Source of the DNA: an uncultured Gemmatimonadales bacterium
Lineage (GTDB): Bacteria > Gemmatimonadota > Gemmatimonadetes > Gemmatimonadales > Gemmatimonadaceae
Assembly (NCBI GenBank): GCA_963701965.1
Contig: OY969695.1
Coordinates: 2,624,001 to 2,688,000 of the forward strand
Length of the DNA stretch: 64,000 nt
Reading direction: 5' to 3'
A program made the translations under genes and the position numbers. A model generated the notes under the pieces. That model was not told the origin of the DNA, ran no database searches, and was given only the letters and a program-made list of their open reading frames with translations. Shown here piece by piece: positions 61,139-64,000 of this stretch (positions within the stretch are counted from its first letter, which is position 1; each line of letters opens with the position of its first letter).

Positions 61139-62754
61139 CGAGCCACCGGATAATTCTCGAACGACACCGTGCCGTGCGCGTCGAAGTACCGCTTGATGTC
61201 GCGCTCCACCGCCGCGTCATACGCGGGTTGCACGCGCAGGCGGCGCCCTTGCGGCGCGCGCCGTAACTGACCCTCTTCGACGACCAGCGTCCCCGCCTTG
61301 ATCACGTAGCGCGGCGTCGAGAACATCTCGGCCAGGTTATCGGAACGGGCGTAGATCGTCACGTCGGCGTCGGCGCCGACGCCGAGGTGGCCCTTGTCGC
61401 GCAGCCCGAGGAGCCGCGCCGGGCCGGCCCGGGTGACGATGGCGATCTCGTTGAGGGTGTACACGCGGGCCAGGCCGTCGGCCAACGCGCTCCCGGCGAG
61501 CATCTTGTGATTGACGCGCTTGAGCTGGTCGTCGCGGTACGTCTTGTCCATCAGCAACCGGATCAACTCCGGATAGCTCATGAACGACCCGCCATTGGGA
61601 TGGTCTGTCGACAGCACCAGCCGCCAAGGGTCCGGCGACAGCAGAAACAGCTCCAGCCCGACGACCCACTGGAGCGCCGCGACCGCCGCGCTGTCCTTGT
61701 AGACGTAGGGCACGATGCCGCACCCCGTCTCCATCTCGATGTCGACGTTGACCCACTTCTTCCCGGTCGACATGTGGAGCAGATACTCGACGGCGCCGTC
61801 GGCGGTCAGCGTCGTGGCGTCGCCGAACATGACCTGGCCGACGTCGCCGCTGACTTCGGGATGGGTCGCGAAGTACTCGGCGATCTGCTTGGCCTCGGAC
61901 GTCCACGGCTTGCCGCGCGCGCCGCCATAGCTATGGAACTGCAGGTGCGTGAAGTGCGCCCGCCGCCCGGCGACGGCGCGCATGCTGTCGAGCGTCATGG
62001 CAATGTTCCCGGGCACGCCCAGATTGTTGCAATGGATGTGCACGGGATGGGGAAGCCCCAGCGCGTTGGCCGCGTCGGTCAACGTCTCCAGCACGGCGCG
62101 CGGCGTGACCGTGGGCGCGCCGATGGGGTCATCGAGCGAGTGGATCTCGCGCACGTTGCGCTTCCACAGCTCCACGCCGCCCGGATTCACGATCTTGATC
62201 GCGTAGCCCTGGATGGCGCCGAGGAGCCAGGCGGCGTAATCGCGGGCCCGATCGCGCTCACCCGCGGCGATCTGGCGCAGCAGGTAGTCGTCGTTTCCCA
62301 ACAGCGCGAAGAAGCCGGCGTCGATGATCGGTGTGTCGTCGAGCTGTGCGTGCGTGGACCGCGCCGTGATGGGGGCGACCGCGGCGTCGAACACCGTCGT
62401 GTAGCCCAGGCCCGCATACCGGTACCCCGTGGTGAAAGTGCTCGGCACGGTCCCACCACTCCCCGACCGGGCGAGCGAGGGTTCGTCATCCGCGAAGCGC
62501 GGAGCGCGAGCGGGGTCGGCCGCGTGCTCCTCGGGGAGGAGTTGCCGCGCCAGATTGGTGCTGGAGGCGGCGACGTGGGCGTGGATGTCGATCCCGCCCG
62601 GCATGACCACCATCCCCCGCGCATCGAGTCGCGGTGCATCGCCGCTCAGCGACGCGACGATCCTTCCGTCCTGGATGCGGATGTCGCGGATCTCGCCATC
62701 GACGCCATTCGCCGGGTCGTGGACGGCGCCACCGGTAATACGCAGCGCGCTCAT
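61135..62754 (-). CDS. fhcA: Formyltransferase/hydrolase complex subunit A (amidohydrolase)
   Basis: DIHAH, KIVNPGG, HIHCNNLG, HLQFHSYG, STDHPNG. Confidence 0.95.
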   Translation of the reverse strand: MSALRITGGAVHDPANGVDGEIRDIRIQDGRIVASLSGDAPRLDARGMVVMPGGIDIHAHVAASSTNLARQLLPEEHAADPARAPRFADDEPSLARSGSGGTVPSTFTTGYRYAGLGYTTVFDAAVAPITARSTHAQLDDTPIIDAGFFALLGNDDYLLRQIAAGERDRARDYAAWLLGAIQGYAIKIVNPGGVELWKRNVREIHSLDDPIGAPTVTPRAVLETLTDAANALGLPHPVHIHCNNLGVPGNIAMTLDSMRAVAGRRAHFTHLQFHSYGGARGKPWTSEAKQIAEYFATHPEVSGDVGQVMFGDATTLTADGAVEYLLHMSTGKKWVNVDIEMETGCGIVPYVYKDSAAVAALQWVVGLELFLLSPDPWRLVLSTDHPNGGSFMSYPELIRLLMDKTYRDDQLKRVNHKMLAGSALADGLARVYTLNEIAIVTRAGPARLLGLRDKGHLGVGADADVTIYARSDNLAEMFSTPRYVIKAGTLVVEEGQLRRAPQGRRLRVQPAYDAAVERDIKRYFDAHGTVSFENYPVAR

Positions 62755-63977
62755 CGCGCCCTCACCAGCGCCGTCAGCGCGCCCACGGTGCCCGCGGTCT
62801 CGCGGATGGTGCCGGCCAGCGGCGGCCGCAGCGGAAGCGGGATGTCATCGGCGCGCACGGCCGTCCCGCCGTCGTGAATGCCGGCCATGCCGGTGTCGAT
62901 CGCCACCGCGGCGTCGGTCGCGGTCGCGCGTGGTCCAATCACGATGCGGGATACTTTGGCGAAGCTGCCGGACGGGATCGACCCCGCGGCGCCGACGATC
63001 AAGACCACGTCGGGGTCGACGCGGGCGTCGGGATCATAGCGCGGGGCGCCCCGGGCGAAATCCACGGCCATCGGGTATCCGGTCTGCCACGTGAGCACCG
63101 ACTCGGCCCCCACACGGTTCCCTCCGGCGCGCATCGTGACGAGCGCGCACCGCGTGGGCCCATTGAGCGCCTCGGCCAACGCCAACAACGCCTCGGCCCG
63201 TCCCTCGTCGCGGCCCGGCCGTGGCTCGGCGTCGGCGATGAGGGCGACATACTTGGCGGCGACGAGCCGCGCGGCGAGCGCCGCGGGCTTGTCGCCGATC
63301 GGTGCAAGCGCGGCGCTCATGGGCCTGTCGCCACCGGGCATTCCGCCCGACGGCGCAACGGTTATAACGCGACCCAGTACCGCGGCGCGCATCAGCGCGG
63401 CCGCGGCGAGTTCCTGCGCGGCCGGGAACGCGAAGCGTTCCGCCGCGTCGGGCGGCCCGGCATCATCGCCAATGTCCACCGCGATGATCCCGGCGGGATT
63501 GGTCAGATAGCGCGACCGAAGTCGCGGATAGCCGCGCGCGGGGTCGATGCCCCAGAACACAATGACGTCGGCCCGGTTCCGCAGCTCGCCGAACGTCGCC
63601 CCGGCGCGCCCGCGGCGCTGCGCGGCGATGAGCCAAAACCCGGCGGTCAATGCCGTCAGCGTGTCGAGCGCCGCGCCCAGCGCATCGGCCAGCGCGACGG
63701 CTTCGCGCTGCGCCACACTCGACAGCTCGGCCGCGAGATAGATCAACGGACGCTTCGCCCGCATCAAGAGTGTCGCGGCTTCGCGCAGCGCGGTTGACGC
63801 GTCCGTGTCGGCGCCGCGCACACGGACACCGGAGGAGATGGCACCGTCGCCGAACCACGCCACGCCCAGCGGGCACGCGTTGCGGGCATCGGTGATCCGA
63901 CCGGCCGTCACCGTGACGGCAATGTCATCGCAAGCCAGCCCGCAGCCCAGACACGTGACGTGATCCACGACGGTCAT
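62751..63977 (-). CDS. fhcB: Formyltransferase/hydrolase complex subunit B
   Basis: CLGCGLACDD, RNRAD, WQTGYP, GTAVRAD. Confidence 0.92.
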   Translation of the reverse strand: MTVVDHVTCLGCGLACDDIAVTVTAGRITDARNACPLGVAWFGDGAISSGVRVRGADTDASTALREAATLLMRAKRPLIYLAAELSSVAQREAVALADALGAALDTLTALTAGFWLIAAQRRGRAGATFGELRNRADVIVFWGIDPARGYPRLRSRYLTNPAGIIAVDIGDDAGPPDAAERFAFPAAQELAAAALMRAAVLGRVITVAPSGGMPGGDRPMSAALAPIGDKPAALAARLVAAKYVALIADAEPRPGRDEGRAEALLALAEALNGPTRCALVTMRAGGNRVGAESVLTWQTGYPMAVDFARGAPRYDPDARVDPDVVLIVGAAGSIPSGSFAKVSRIVIGPRATATDAAVAIDTGMAGIHDGGTAVRADDIPLPLRPPLAGTIRETAGTVGALTALVRAR

Positions 63978-64000
63978 GCGGCCACCCGCCCGGCGCGGGC

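Noticed and set aside
58483..63977. Methanogenesis genes or archaeal contamination
   Set aside because: The fhcBADC order and bacterial neighbours match the bacterial oxidative pathway; composition is continuous with the origin region

Overview
High-GC bacterial chromosome segment, probably Gemmatimonadota (inferred from gene content and protein style, not from a search). The left ~27 kb is the replication-origin region: mnmG, polA, pyrE, rnpB, dnaN, oriC, dnaA, rpmH-rnpA-yidD-yidC-mnmE and upp. The right ~36 kb is a C1-oxidation supercluster. It has two PQQ dehydrogenases with the lanthanide-type DxD motif (one is XoxF), xoxJ/xoxG, a porin, pentapeptide and YVTN proteins, pabABC, methanopterin/methylofuran biosynthesis genes, mch and fhcBADC. 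Most novel signals: (1) two apparently secreted JAB/MPN+ metalloprotease-like genes bracketing a SoxY/SoxZ-like plus MBL-rhodanese module; (2) a duplicated ~72-nt structured RNA candidate found only at the two PQQ dehydrogenase loci; (3) a GATC-bounded double-hairpin repeat family present as dispersed monomers (one inserted in frame in a gene) and as a diverged tandem array with covarying stems. About 11 genes carry single-base frameshifts, mostly at AGATG-like sites, which points to motif-linked sequencing error (possibly methylation) rather than pseudogenes. All calls are by eye from motifs; no searches were run.
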